A stretch of DNA of 64,000 nt, taken from positions 4,032,001 through 4,096,000 of the forward strand of contig OZ001293.3 in assembly GCA_963921275.4 (NCBI GenBank). Direction: 5' to 3'. Each line of letters starts with the position of its first letter. Positions within the stretch are counted from its first letter, which is position 1. The notes beneath the pieces were generated by a model, which saw only the letters and a program-made list of their open reading frames with translations, was not told the origin of the DNA and searched no databases. The translations under genes were made by a program, and so were the position numbers. Below are positions 1 through 10,642 of this stretch, one piece after another. This stretch comes from an uncultured Hormoscilla sp. Lineage in GTDB: Bacteria; Cyanobacteriota; Cyanobacteriia; Cyanobacteriales; Desertifilaceae.

Positions 1-120
1 ATTCGGAGAAGTTTCTGAATCATTCGGGGAAGACATGAATTATTCGGGGAAGTCCCTGAATCATTCGGGGAAGTACCGCAGTCAGTTGGGGGACTCTATG
101 ACTGAGTCGGGGGACTCTAT
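1..120. repeat. Degenerate ~21-bp tandem repeats (ATTCGGGGAAGTCCCTGAATC-like), cut by window edge
   Basis: About six units visible, drifting from attcggggaag... to agtcgggggactctat. Confidence 0.7.
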
Positions 121-139
121 CCCCCAACCTTCAACCCCC

Positions 140-470
140 CGCTGCCGTGCCCCCGGCCGTCGCCAAGGATAAACCGATAACATTAGCGATCCCGCGAATT
201 TAACATCATCATATTAACCGATAATTTTACGATCGTGCCCCGACAGAAAATTGGCGATCGCCACCCGCGAATTTAACATGATAATATTAACCGATAATCT
301 GCTGATGCCGTGCTCCTACATTTGTGGCCGGGGCACACAGTAAATTGGCATCCATAGCTAAGGGATATAAACCGAGAAAGTATCTATTGTTGTGCCCCGA
401 CATCCATAGCTAAGGGATATAAACAGAGAAAATATCTATTGGCGATTGCCGTGCCCCGGCAGTCGCCAAT
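140..470. repeat. Cluster of REP-like GCCGTGCCCC elements with duplicated AT-rich spacers
   Basis: (t)gccgtgcccc recurs; near-identical spacer pairs at ~192-230/264-300 and 349-389/401-441. Confidence 0.6.
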
Positions 471-526
471 ATGATATGGTATGATATGATATGATAGAAC
501 ATACAACATCACACCGAAGATATCCG

Positions 527-1633
527 ATGACAATATCAGGTCAAGCAACCGCCGCCGGAACTCAGAAATACAAAGGTCGCCACCGCTGCGCCCCTAACCA
601 TTTCCGAGAAGAAAAGGGTTTAGTTTTCAGTTCCATCGGCATCGGCACCTATCTGGGGGAACCGGATGCTCGAACAGATGCCGCTGTCACTAATGCTATA
701 GTATCGGCAGTACAGCAGGGCATCAACGTAATTGATACTGCCATTAATTATCGCTACATGCATGGGGAACGGAGTGTCAAATCAGCATTATCCCGTCTGG
801 TCGCAGAATTTGATATATCCCGAGAAGAACTGATTATCTGCTCTAAAGGTGGTTTCATTTCTCATCCAGACCCGATCGGGTGGTTTGAGCGGGAATACCT
901 GAATAACAGCAAATTTACCATCCCCGAGAGTGAGATAGTAGCGGGATGTCACTGCATGCACCCAGAATATCTGCAAGACCAACTCGATCGCAGCTTAGAG
1001 AATCTGGGCCTTGACACCATAGATATATATTACATTCACAATCCCGAAACCCAGCTATCCGAAGTATCCCCAGAGAAATTTTACCATCGCCTGTATCAAG
1101 CATTTACAGTGATGGAAGCAGCAGTGAAGAGTGGCAAAATCAAAGCCTACGGTTTAGCAACATGGAATGCATTCCGCCGAGGGCCAACAAAAATCAACCA
1201 CATCGACCTCGCCCATGCTAAAACATTAGCACGGCAAGCAGCAGGTGGGTCGGAAGATAACTTTAAATTCATCCAGTTGCCCTTAAACCCCACTATGCCA
1301 GAAGCTTTGATCAAAGCAACTCAATCTGTCGATAATACCCTCGTACCCGCCATAGAAGCGGCCCGACGCTTGGATATTGCCCCGATCGCCAGCGCCGCGA
1401 TCGGACAAGCAAGGAACTTGAGCAAAATACCGGCAGCAATGGTTTCTGCCTTGAATGAGAGCAATTTCACGAACGGGATGAAAGCACTGCAATTTACGCG
1501 CAGTACACCAGGTTTGCTCACCGCATTAGTAGGAATGAAAGCAACTAATCATATCACGGAAAATCTCTCCCTCACCGCGATCGATCCTCTGTCAGAACAT
1601 AGCTGGCGTGCCTTCCTGTCAGAATCAAATTAA
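527..1633 (+). CDS. Aldo/keto reductase
   Basis: SSIGIGTY, IDTAINYR, SKGG, LDTIDIYYIHNPE and GKIKAYG motifs; start may instead be 491. Confidence 0.9.
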   Translation: MTISGQATAAGTQKYKGRHRCAPNHFREEKGLVFSSIGIGTYLGEPDARTDAAVTNAIVSAVQQGINVIDTAINYRYMHGERSVKSALSRLVAEFDISREELIICSKGGFISHPDPIGWFEREYLNNSKFTIPESEIVAGCHCMHPEYLQDQLDRSLENLGLDTIDIYYIHNPETQLSEVSPEKFYHRLYQAFTVMEAAVKSGKIKAYGLATWNAFRRGPTKINHIDLAHAKTLARQAAGGSEDNFKFIQLPLNPTMPEALIKATQSVDNTLVPAIEAARRLDIAPIASAAIGQARNLSKIPAAMVSALNESNFTNGMKALQFTRSTPGLLTALVGMKATNHITENLSLTAIDPLSEHSWRAFLSESN

Positions 1634-2020
1634 TGACAACCACATTTTAGTTACCAGTTGGCAAATGTAGGGTGTCTTGACTGATACCTACCTGTTATTG
1701 CGATTTTTCGCGCAGCGTGGGGGATCCCAAAGCGACTTTGTGGGGAACTCCATTACCAGACCCCCCGAAGCAATCTCCCCTGGACATCTCTCGATCGCCC
1801 CCCTCGCAATGACAGTTTGTGCCATGTGGTTGCCGAAATAATTGGTTAAACTATTCTTAACCTATAATCTTCATTTTTTAATGATAACATAATCTGCTCG
1901 ATATAAATTGTTGTCCCCTTGATGATACTATGGTCAGGCATCAAGCTTCTCGTGGTCAAAACCCGTCGATCGTTCATGGGCCCTCCCAGTCGTCGGATCC
2001 CCCAAACCCCCCTTAAAAAG

Positions 2021-2324
2021 CTATGCCTTACTCACATATTTTTTAACATTTGTCCGGGAGTGGAGGAGTGGGGGAGTCCGGGAGTGGGGGAGTGAGGGAC
2101 TGTCAATTGGCTTTTGGGATAAGTGTCTAGACAAAATCGATTATACATGACCATCATTGATAGTGAAACCCTGATGAATTCGTGGCGAGCAATTCTCAAT
2201 AAATCGAATAATTTATCAAGAAAGAGAGCAGCAAAAAAGTCAAGCCGCCTGGGTCAGCTAAGCATCGAAACCATTGCATCATAAGGCTTTCAAGATTGTA
2301 AAGAATTATGCGAGTAATGGTAAG
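2021..2324. mobile_element. MITE (IS4-like) inserted in a REP palindrome
   Basis: Imperfect TIRs (20/28 match) and 10-bp TSD CCTTAAAAAG at 2011-2020 and 2325-2334. Confidence 0.7.
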
Positions 2325-2387
2325 CCTTAAAAAGGGGGGCTATGGAAGCCTTACAAGGGTAGGTTTTTTACAAAAAGGCCGTGACTT

Positions 2388-2513
2388 GACAAGGGAGACA
2401 AGGGAGACAAGGGAGACAAGGGAGACTTGCCTGACTTGCCTGACTTGCCGGACTTGCCTGACTTGTTAGACTTGCCAGACTGCCGAAGAAATGGAGTTCG
2501 GAGTTCGGAGTTA
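2388..2513. repeat. Short tandem repeats: (GACAAGGGA)x4, (GACTTGCCT-like)x6, then (GGAGTTC)x~3
   Basis: Directly visible. Confidence 0.9.
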
Positions 2514-2851
2514 TCTAATTTAAAAAAATATCAGATAACATTAACCATCTCATGGCGATACTTTCATGCTCATATTTGTAGTAATGATTTTTGATAAAAT
2601 TATCACTGCGCTATGAACGATCGCGCTATCCGAGAGGTATTGCAACCGCCTCTAATATTTCTGGATTTCTCTCGTTCCTTGACTCTGGCAAGGAACGTCT
2701 TTATTGAGGCAGAGCCTCCGGCCTAGGCCACCATCAGTAGACCGGGAAACCCAACTGCGATCGCTGTTATGTTTTCAGAGAATAAATAATTGATAAATAA
2801 TCTTATATTTAGTAATTATATTATCTTAAACGAGTAAGTAATTGTAATGCA

Positions 2852-3718
2852 GTGAAAACAGACAAGTTGTTTTATGAAGTATTTCTGGAGTTTCCCGAAA
2901 TATTCTTTGAACTAATCGGAGCAAAGAATGTAGATTCTAGGGCCTACGAATTTAAGAAGATCGAGCTTAAGGAGACAGCATCAAGGTTGGATGGAGCAAT
3001 GTTGCGGTTAGACAAAGATCCCAAACAGCCGATTTATTTCATCGAGGTGCAAAGCTACAACAATCCCAAAATATACGCAAATGTTTGGAAGAAAGTAGGC
3101 ATGTACCTAGAGCAAAACGATCCAATACAGGATTGGTGTGCGGTGGTGGTATATGAACGGCGAAGTTTCGCTCCAAAGGAAACAACACCGTATCGAGGGA
3201 TAATAAATTCTGGTCAACTGCGGCGGATATATTTAGACGAAATGGACCCAGCAGCTCCACAGACTAAGGAGATTGGCATCATCAAACTAATTGTCGAGAA
3301 GGCAAAGAATGCCCCTGACCGGGCCAAAGCGCTCATCGAGCAAGTGCGGTCAGAATCAACGGATGTCGAACAGATCAAAAAGATGGTAGACTTGATTGTA
3401 ACCATTATGTCGTACAAATTTGCAGATACTAGCCGAGAGGAGTTGGAAGCCATGTTAGGACTAGAGGACTTCAAAAAGACAAGGTTGGGACAAGAACTGT
3501 TGGCAGAAGGTCGCCAAGAAGGCGAAGAAGTTGGGATCGCAAAAGGTCGCCAAGAAGGTCGCCAAGCTATTCGCATTATTAGCGAGGGATTTGATAGTTT
3601 AGAAGGGCAGTTAAAATTGGTGCCAGTGCTGTTACAGCTCGGTTTTACTTTCGAGGAGGTAGCGGATCTGTTGAAAGTCGAGACCGAACAGGTGCGGCAG
3701 CTAGCTGAACCAGAATAA
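2852..3718 (+). CDS. Rpn-family recombination-promoting nuclease/putative transposase (DUF2887 type)
   Basis: MKTDKLFY start, RLDG and IYFIEVQ PD-(D/E)XK motifs, C-terminal EGRQEG repeats. Confidence 0.88.
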   Translation: MKTDKLFYEVFLEFPEIFFELIGAKNVDSRAYEFKKIELKETASRLDGAMLRLDKDPKQPIYFIEVQSYNNPKIYANVWKKVGMYLEQNDPIQDWCAVVVYERRSFAPKETTPYRGIINSGQLRRIYLDEMDPAAPQTKEIGIIKLIVEKAKNAPDRAKALIEQVRSESTDVEQIKKMVDLIVTIMSYKFADTSREELEAMLGLEDFKKTRLGQELLAEGRQEGEEVGIAKGRQEGRQAIRIISEGFDSLEGQLKLVPVLLQLGFTFEEVADLLKVETEQVRQLAEPE

Positions 3719-3775
3719 CCAGAACAGTCCCTACTGTAGGTTGGGTTGAGATACGAAACCCAACCGCCCCCATTA

Positions 3776-4645
3776 CTATATTCCTGCTTCCACAAAAGCC
3801 CTTTCCAAATCTACCAGCACTGCCAACCGTTCTCCCCATTCTCCCAAGTAATCGAAATCTAGAGCTTTACCCTGTAACTTCAACACCCCCAAAATATCCC
3901 GCCATTGTTTTTGCGACTCTCGCGCTGTCATCTTAAACCAGATCAGTTTTTGTAATATCGTATCTTCCGGGCTACACAAATACAAAGCACCCTCAATGTT
4001 TCCATCCGCAACATGCAGCGATTTCCGCCTCATTTGGGACCGAGAGAAAGCATCATCTCTCATGAGGAAAATATCTGCTTTCTCTGTAGTTTCCAGATGA
4101 ATAATATTAAATGACCAACAGCGTCCGGACATAGCATCTTCTACAGCCACCTCGCTAATATAAAACTCTCCCGAAAGCCGTTCAACAAGTCCCCTAACTC
4201 GATCGGGTTGAATGTGGGCGACCAAATCTAAATCTTCCGTGTACCTGACTTCTCCTTGCAAGGAACTTGCTACCGAACCGCCAATATAGTAAGGAATATC
4301 TAGGGATGACAAAATACCAGCCAGCTTCCGGGCTAACCAGATCGGATCTTCTAACATTAAGCCTCCTGAATATTCGATCTCCGCCAGCAACTTTGCCCCA
4401 GTTTCTCCCCAGCGTTTTCGCACATAAGCATGGCGCAATTCTTGCATAGGTGCATCAGGAAAATGCTGGCAAACTGCTTGCCAAACCAAAACCGAAACTC
4501 GCCGGAAAACCCGCCGCAAAAGGGCTTCTTTTTGTCCCGGACTCATATGTCGCCAGAGAGCAAATTGGACTAATTCTGCCTCAATGGAGGTGTCTGCAGA
4601 CTGAGTTTGATAACCGGACGGAACTTGCCGAGCGCATGTAAACAT
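3776..4645 (-). CDS. Nucleotidyltransferase-family protein with N-terminal helical domain
   Basis: IGGSVASSLQGEVRYTEDLD (GS...DxD Pol-beta-type motif), SPEDTILQKL, KQWRD. Confidence 0.75.
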   Translation of the reverse strand: MFTCARQVPSGYQTQSADTSIEAELVQFALWRHMSPGQKEALLRRVFRRVSVLVWQAVCQHFPDAPMQELRHAYVRKRWGETGAKLLAEIEYSGGLMLEDPIWLARKLAGILSSLDIPYYIGGSVASSLQGEVRYTEDLDLVAHIQPDRVRGLVERLSGEFYISEVAVEDAMSGRCWSFNIIHLETTEKADIFLMRDDAFSRSQMRRKSLHVADGNIEGALYLCSPEDTILQKLIWFKMTARESQKQWRDILGVLKLQGKALDFDYLGEWGERLAVLVDLERAFVEAGI

Positions 4646-4801
4646 AGAGCAATAATAATTGTCAGTTGATAGTTGTCAGTTGATAGTTTCCCTGGCGACC
4701 CCTGGGAAGGACAAGTTAAGGATATGCCTCTAGTCAAGCATTTCAATTATATCACCTTCTGCCTCTGGGTAAACTAAACAGAAAATAGCCCCGATCGCCT
4801 G

Positions 4802-4935
4802 TTAAACGGTTGCCCTCTGCCCCTCCCGTGCCTGCAACCAAGAATCCAAATCTGACACCGTCTCCAACTCAAATATATCACTCAATGCTTCCACTCGATC
4901 TCCGGACAACTTTCCCAGGCGATCGCCTATTTGGG
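4802..4935 (-). pseudogene. DUF4351-like C-terminal fragment
   Basis: LSGDRVEALSDIFELETVSDLDSWL resembles the Rpn C-terminal DUF4351 domain; no intact N-terminus. Confidence 0.55.
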
Positions 4936-5299
4936 TAGACAACGCCCATCTTCTCCCCGATCGCCAGGATCTTAGCCATAACAATTCACACCAGAAATGT
5001 AGGGGTGCTGAACCCTTGCATCCCTACTTGTAATAGCCAATTACACCATATCTTTATCATGACACATTATTTTAGCATTGTCAACCACTTTTTGAGATTT
5101 TTTTTGTCAAACTAAAAAATTAGCGACTTTTTATAAATCGATATAAAATGCTATCATAACGTGACTTGCAGCGGTAAAAATCGAGCAATTGTTAAATTAT
5201 TTTCCCGCCACAAGTTTAACATCGATATGCTACGATAAGAAAAGTAAAAGGTTAATGTCAGGAAACAATGTCGATGGAAGCGTTAGTCCAAGAAAAGCA

Positions 5300-5515
5300 A
5301 TGGGAATTTTGGGTTCCGTAGCGCGGGGTGAAGCAGGACCAGATAGCGATGTGGATTTTTCGATCGAACTGTAGGAAGAGCGCTCTCTAGTGGATCGGAT
5401 AGCGCTGATGCAAGACTGAGAAGACCTGTTGGGCCCAAAAGTAAAAGTGGCCAATGTGAAAGGACTGCGGGACTATTGCCGCGATCGCATACTCCAAGAA
5501 GCAGTTGCATTATGA
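5300..5515 (+). pseudogene. MNT-type minimal nucleotidyltransferase antitoxin, degraded
   Basis: GSVARGEAGPDSDVDF...RDRILQEAVAL with in-frame stops at 5372 and 5417. Confidence 0.8.
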
Positions 5516-5733
5516 CAGAGGTAAGAGATCCTCCCCGTTAACCTTACCTTAACTGAACTGCCTACTGGCGATCAGGGCCAGGGGCAGCAGAGGTACATTG
5601 CCAAGTTTTATCCTTTCGACTCCCATTCCTTAATATGCTGTTCGCCAATCCTCTCTATAGTAAAATAGACCCAGCCTGGTTAGTAGAGAACTAGCTGATG
5701 CTCTAGCAGGACAACAGATAGAGGAGAACACCG

Positions 5734-5835
5734 ATGAGTACAGCCGTTATTGCCGATAAAAAGCCTGCGGTTCTCACCCTGGAACCGGGCACCTATAAGG
5801 TAGGAAAGCTCAGATATGATACCACTGTCTGCTAA
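5734..5835 (+). pseudogene. Truncated CDGSH iron-sulfur protein (N-terminus only)
   Basis: RBS GAGGAG, then MSTAVIADKKPAVLTLEPGTY; the expected Cys/His Fe-S motif is absent. Confidence 0.6.
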
Positions 5836-5876
5836 AAGGTAACGAACTTTAGTAAATTAAAGAAAGGAGAAAGGTA

Positions 5877-6527
5877 ATGAGTCTGACAGAAGCATTGACC
5901 AAGCAACTGGAACAGAATCGGTCGAAAATACCCTCAGAAAAATTAGCTGTGATGGAGCAAGCAACGGCAAACTTGGCCAGTTCGGGGATTGTGGACCGCA
6001 GTTTGAAAGCAGGTGATCGCATGGAGGACTTCAGCTTACCCAACGCCCTGGGCAAAACAATTGCGATCGCACCAATTTTAGCACGAGGTCCAGTAGTAAT
6101 TTCCTTCTACCGAGGAGGGTGGTGTCCCTACTGTAATCTGGAACTGCGGGCATTGCAACAGGCTTTACCAGAGATGAAAGCATTAGGGGCCCAACTGGTC
6201 ACCATTTCACCTCAAACTCCTGATAACTCCCTATCAACCGCAGAAAAGAACGAACTCACCTTTGAAGTTCTCAGCGATGTGGGCAATCATGTAGCCAGGA
6301 AATTCGGCTTAGTTTACCAACTACCGTTACGTCCCATTTACGCCAGCTTCGGCGTTGACTTGCCCGCATATAACGGAGATGATACCTTTGAACTGCCGAT
6401 CGCAGCTACCTATGTCATAGCGCCCGATCGCACTATCATCCACGCCTTTGTTGACGCAGATTATACCAAGCGACAGGATCCAGCGAAGATTGTCGAAGTT
6501 CTCAAAACCATGAAAGTCGCAGCCTAA
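5877..6527 (+). CDS. AhpC/TSA-family peroxiredoxin-like protein
   Basis: FYRGGWCPYCNLEL motif, LPIAATYVI. Confidence 0.92.
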   Translation: MSLTEALTKQLEQNRSKIPSEKLAVMEQATANLASSGIVDRSLKAGDRMEDFSLPNALGKTIAIAPILARGPVVISFYRGGWCPYCNLELRALQQALPEMKALGAQLVTISPQTPDNSLSTAEKNELTFEVLSDVGNHVARKFGLVYQLPLRPIYASFGVDLPAYNGDDTFELPIAATYVIAPDRTIIHAFVDADYTKRQDPAKIVEVLKTMKVAA

Positions 6528-6751
6528 AGGTTCTCAGAAAGGAACGGAACCCTTACAGGAGAGCCCGCCCAGGCGGGCTTTGTATCTGTAGCCGCACCAT
6601 AAATGGTGCGGGTTAGGGTGCGGGGGTGACGGTGGCAGATAATTCTGTTGCAGGTAAATCCCAAATGAATCGTAAAATCCCAAGATCCATCACTTCATAG
6701 GCTGTAAAATTTACCATTACATGTAACAGTAAGAAAAAAATAAGGAAAACT

Positions 6752-7567
6752 ATGCAGCAACTGCATGTAGAACGAAACGGGTCTCGGCAACAAAAGAACC
6801 CGATCGGGACACAGCAATGGGATATGTCCAAACCCCAGTTGGAACTGGAAGCCGTAGATCAGCAACTAGCGGACGCCCACGCGACAGAGATCGTCGAGTG
6901 GGCGGTCCAGACCTTCGGGAATGGCTTAGTAATGAGTAGTAGCTTTGGCATCCAGTCTGCGGTCATGCTACATATGGTCACCAGCGTCGTACCCGATATC
7001 CCAGTAATTTGGGTTGATACTGGCTACCTACCACCAGAGACCTATAAATTTGCCGAGGAAATAACTCAACGACTACAGCTAAACCTGAAAATATATCAGT
7101 CTGGCATCTCTCCAGCACGCATGGAAGCCTTGTATGGCCGCCTCTGGGAACAGAACGACGTGGAAGCCTTCAACCGCTACGACCAGATCCGCAAGGTAGA
7201 ACCCATGCAGCGGGCCTTACAGGAACTCAAGGCCACAGCATCCCTAGCAGGACTGCGGGCAGATCAAACAGACCACCGCAAAACCTTGCGCTTCGTCAAC
7301 CTACAATCAGGTCGATATAAAGTGTTGCCTATTCTCAAATGGAACTCCAGAGACATATACCAATACCTTACCGCCCACGACCTTCCCTATCATCCCTTAT
7401 TCGACCAGGGTTACGTCACCGTGGGTGATTGGCATTCCAGTCGTCCCCTCACTTTCGCTGACCCAAGCGATCGGGACACCCGTTTCCGTGGACTCAAGCA
7501 AGAGTGCGGCCTGCACCTGCCCCAGACCAAAGGTGAAGCAGAAAGCCTCAACTCCAGTACCTTGTGA
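6752..7567 (+). CDS. cysH: Phosphoadenosine phosphosulfate reductase
   Basis: SSSFG, DTGY, RKVEP, GYVTVGD and terminal ECGLH motifs; start may be 6824. Confidence 0.95.
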   Translation: MQQLHVERNGSRQQKNPIGTQQWDMSKPQLELEAVDQQLADAHATEIVEWAVQTFGNGLVMSSSFGIQSAVMLHMVTSVVPDIPVIWVDTGYLPPETYKFAEEITQRLQLNLKIYQSGISPARMEALYGRLWEQNDVEAFNRYDQIRKVEPMQRALQELKATASLAGLRADQTDHRKTLRFVNLQSGRYKVLPILKWNSRDIYQYLTAHDLPYHPLFDQGYVTVGDWHSSRPLTFADPSDRDTRFRGLKQECGLHLPQTKGEAESLNSSTL

Positions 7568-7591
7568 TTGTCGATCGTTCCATCAGTCAAA

Positions 7592-7625
7592 CTAAAAGAC
7601 CGCCCATTTCTAGGCGGTCTTTTAG
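7592..7625. terminator. Bidirectional intrinsic terminator between convergent cysH and psbJ
   Basis: CTAAAAGACCGCC-loop-GGCGGTCTTTTAG hairpin with A/T tails. Confidence 0.8.
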
Positions 7626-7644
7626 ATATAGTGGATCTATACCG

Positions 7645-7764
7645 TTACATAGAGGAACCTACACCGACGTAGGCACCATAGAAGAACAGACCCACAACCA
7701 CGAGTACGCCTGTACCGGCTACTGTTGCTACAATCCACAGAGGGATTCTTCCACCTCCAGACAC
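7645..7764 (-). CDS. psbJ: Photosystem II protein J
   Basis: Hand-translated [39 protein letters not shown] (GTG start); not in the ORF track. Confidence 0.97.
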   Translation of the reverse strand: MSGGGRIPLWIVATVAGTGVLVVVGLFFYGAYVGVGSSM

Positions 7765-7839
7765 AGCTTTTTCCTCCTGACTTATTTATACGACCTTCTC
7801 CAGTTATATCAGATCCGTTTGATCGACCACGGTAAAAAG

Positions 7840-7942
7840 GGATCCCCCCCAGCCCCCCTTAATAAGCTTAATAAGGGGGGAGCAAAGATCCCCCCCTCGT
7901 TCCCAGGCGGAGCCAGGAAACGTAAGGGGGCTAGGGGGGATC
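7840..7942. repeat. REP-like palindromic element between psbL and psbJ
   Basis: GATCCCCCCCAGCCCCCCTTAATAAG...AAGGGGGCTAGGGGGGATC nested inverted repeats. Confidence 0.8.
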
Positions 7943-7973
7943 GGGAAGTGCGTGCAATTACCCAGAGAAGATA

Positions 7974-8093
7974 TTAGTTGAAGAAATAACTGGAAAACAG
8001 AATCCCGAGAACGAAAATCAACAGCAGACCCAAGTAAAGTGAAGTCCGGTTTAACTCTACTGGCTGCTTATTCGGATTGGAATTGCGATCCAT
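7974..8093 (-). CDS. psbL: Photosystem II protein L
   Basis: [34 protein letters not shown]. Confidence 0.98.
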   Translation of the reverse strand: MDRNSNPNKQPVELNRTSLYLGLLLIFVLGILFSSYFFN

Positions 8094-8101
8094 GGTTCCT
8101 C

Positions 8102-8278
<177 letters not shown>

Positions 8279-8527
8279 TTACTTACCAATAAACTCCTCG
8301 ATTTGCCCGCTTCCCCCGAAGCGGTCTGTCACAATTGGCAATTCCTGCCGATCCTGAGTAAAATACTCATTGGGTCGGGGGGTGCCAAATACATCATATG
8401 CCAAGCCCGTGCTCACAAATAGCCAGCCCGAAATAAACAACAATGGGATAGTGAAACTGTGAATCACCCAATAGCGAACGCTAGTAATAATATCCCCAAA
8501 GGGACGTTCTCCAGTTGAACCTGACAT
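8279..8527 (-). CDS. psbE: Cytochrome b559 alpha subunit
   Basis: [24 protein letters not shown]...[10 protein letters not shown]. Confidence 0.99.
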   Translation of the reverse strand: MSGSTGERPFGDIITSVRYWVIHSFTIPLLFISGWLFVSTGLAYDVFGTPRPNEYFTQDRQELPIVTDRFGGSGQIEEFIGK

Positions 8528-8582
8528 TTTTTCTTACTCCTCTCTACAGCAATTGGACCAACAGGTACTATGAAACCCAACA

Positions 8583-9593
8583 TCAGGCAGCTTCTGATGG
8601 CTGCTGATATTTCAGTAACACGCCATTGTTACCAATGATAAACCCCTTCTCTGGCGTCAAGAAAATAATCTTGTAAAAATTTGAAGGGATATCTTCTACT
8701 TCGCGGTCTTTTTGCCATGTCGAACCACCATCGAAACTACACAGCAAATTCCCGCTACCACCCGCCACCCAAATTTCTGTTGGCGTGCGGTATGCCAAAT
8801 CTAGTAAACCCCAGCTAGTCGCCTTTTCCGGATATATAGCTGGTTCCCACTCCTCAAAGTTATCTGGTTTGGTAAACTGGATCTGACCGCCTCTTGCCAG
8901 CATCCACAGCCGACCATCTTTACCAAACCCCATATTCTGGAGGCGCCGGGAACTATTGCGGTTATGGGGTTCCCAGGTATCTGCACCTGGGGACCAAGTC
9001 GAATAGAAATTACCCTTCGCTGATACTGTCACATACTTGCCATCAGCCCCACGAGATATATTTCTAAACACCCCCACTGCTTGTTTCACCATCGCCTTCC
9101 AGGTTTTCCCACCGTCTGTCGTTTGATATATTGCCCCCACATCTGTCGTCATCTCTGCCGAGGATGGTCCGAGAGCTAATATACTTTTAGTATTGCCCGG
9201 TAGTTTAGCACTCAGGGGGATCCGAGACCATGTCTCACCTGCATCTGTAGTATGCAGCAGAATTGAAGGGATGCCCACCATCCATCCTTCATCACCCGAA
9301 AAACTCACCGATGTCAAGCGAACTTTTTCCCCATCCAAATCCAGAGTTCTCGGTTTCCAGGTTTTGCCACCGTCTTTCGTTTCCAAGATGGTCGCGTTGC
9401 TACCCACCAACCACCCATGCATCAGGTCCGAAGTGAACCCTATGTCCTGTAGGGTAGAATCCGTTGGTATTTTTACCTGTTGCCAAGGATTAAACGTCGT
9501 CGATGGCAAATAGGGATTTTTGCAACTCACACAGAGCAGCACCACTACTAATAACGTTACAGCCCGTTGAAACTGTTTCACAATTGATTGCAT
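8583..9593 (-). CDS. ycf48: PSII assembly factor Ycf48/Hcf136
   Basis: BNR repeats (TxDGGxTW), RNSSRRLQNMGF, position upstream of psbE. Confidence 0.97.
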   Translation of the reverse strand: MQSIVKQFQRAVTLLVVVLLCVSCKNPYLPSTTFNPWQQVKIPTDSTLQDIGFTSDLMHGWLVGSNATILETKDGGKTWKPRTLDLDGEKVRLTSVSFSGDEGWMVGIPSILLHTTDAGETWSRIPLSAKLPGNTKSILALGPSSAEMTTDVGAIYQTTDGGKTWKAMVKQAVGVFRNISRGADGKYVTVSAKGNFYSTWSPGADTWEPHNRNSSRRLQNMGFGKDGRLWMLARGGQIQFTKPDNFEEWEPAIYPEKATSWGLLDLAYRTPTEIWVAGGSGNLLCSFDGGSTWQKDREVEDIPSNFYKIIFLTPEKGFIIGNNGVLLKYQQPSEAA

Positions 9594-9630
9594 CGCCTTA
9601 CCAATCTGGGTATGAACCTAAGCCCGGGTT

Positions 9631-9999
9631 TTAGTTTAAGCCATAAAGACTGATAAAGAACAAGAATGCCAAGAACAGGGCCGCAAAAATCAGCAGATTC
9701 TTTTGTCCTGGCGTCATAGAGTTGACGCCAAATCCATAACCCAGATTCTCTGCAAATCCCGAGGCTATTCCCGCCACACCAATGTTCTCAAACTGGGAAA
9801 TTTTGGCCCCGCAAACGGGACAGCGCCAAGAAGCTGGCAACTCGGCGAACGGTGTTCCTGGGGGGATTTTACCCTGGCCATCACCTTTTGTGGGCTCATA
9901 AATGTAGCCACAGGCTCTACATTCATATCGATCTAGCGTCTGTTCTGCTTTCGTTTCGGGAGTTTCGGTGCTCATTGCGCCGGTAGCCTCCTCAGCCAT
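9631..9999 (-). CDS. rubA: Membrane-anchored rubredoxin RubA
   Basis: [10 protein letters not shown] and WRCPVCG motifs plus C-terminal TM helix; start at 9999 or 9975. Confidence 0.95.
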   Translation of the reverse strand: MAEEATGAMSTETPETKAEQTLDRYECRACGYIYEPTKGDGQGKIPPGTPFAELPASWRCPVCGAKISQFENIGVAGIASGFAENLGYGFGVNSMTPGQKNLLIFAALFLAFLFFISLYGLN

Positions 10000-10091
10000 C
10001 TTGCCTGAAATCTTAAAATCTATGTTAAATCTTATTACATCTTCGGGAACTTTTTCAATCTTTGAGATTTTTTTGGTAGCTTTTTTTAAGA

Positions 10092-10269
10092 CAATAGTCC
10101 GGACCGTTTTGGCTGTACGTAGCTGCAAGCCTTGCAGCGTCAGCCTTTGGGAGATAAAGCAATTTTAGGCAAGTTAGCCCTGGGGCAGACATTGAAAAAA
10201 ATAAGGCGCGAAGGGCTGCAACCCTTGTGTTGTGGTCGAAATAGGGTCTAAAAACTGTCCGGAGTATTG
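10092..10269. mobile_element. 178-bp MITE upstream of rubA
   Basis: TIRs CAATAGTCCGGACCGTTTT / AAAACTGTCCGGAGTATTG with 6-bp TSD TTAAGA; a similar right end occurs at ~29610-29623. Confidence 0.8.
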
Positions 10270-10642
10270 TTAAGAGCTACAGATATATAGCTGGTCTATG
10301 GCAATGTGACATGGTAATAATCTAACTATGAGCCACTTTCCCATTTCTAGTCTGTAGCTACTATTGAAAAATAGCGATAGCCGATCTCCCCACAACCTAG
10401 GGTCTACATTAAATAACCGGTTATAGACAGAGTTTGGACCGGTGTATAGATGGAAAGTTAGGGCTGGAAGACTGGTGCGGGGGCAATATCAGCTGGCAGG
10501 GGAAAGTCTGTAACCAGTTGGGAGATCGCGGCGATGCGCTCAAAATTGACCACGACGCCGTTGTTGATTGTCATTCTTATTTTAACCACTGGTCCCCCTC
10601 GCAATGCGGTAAAAACATAATTTTGATGCCAAAATTGCATAA

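Noticed and set aside
7564..7977. 137-aa plus-strand ORF
   Set aside because: Antisense to psbJ and runs through a terminator and a REP.
10000..10128. N-terminal extension of RubA in the ORF track
   Set aside because: Begins inside a MITE at a non-ATG codon; not rubredoxin-like.
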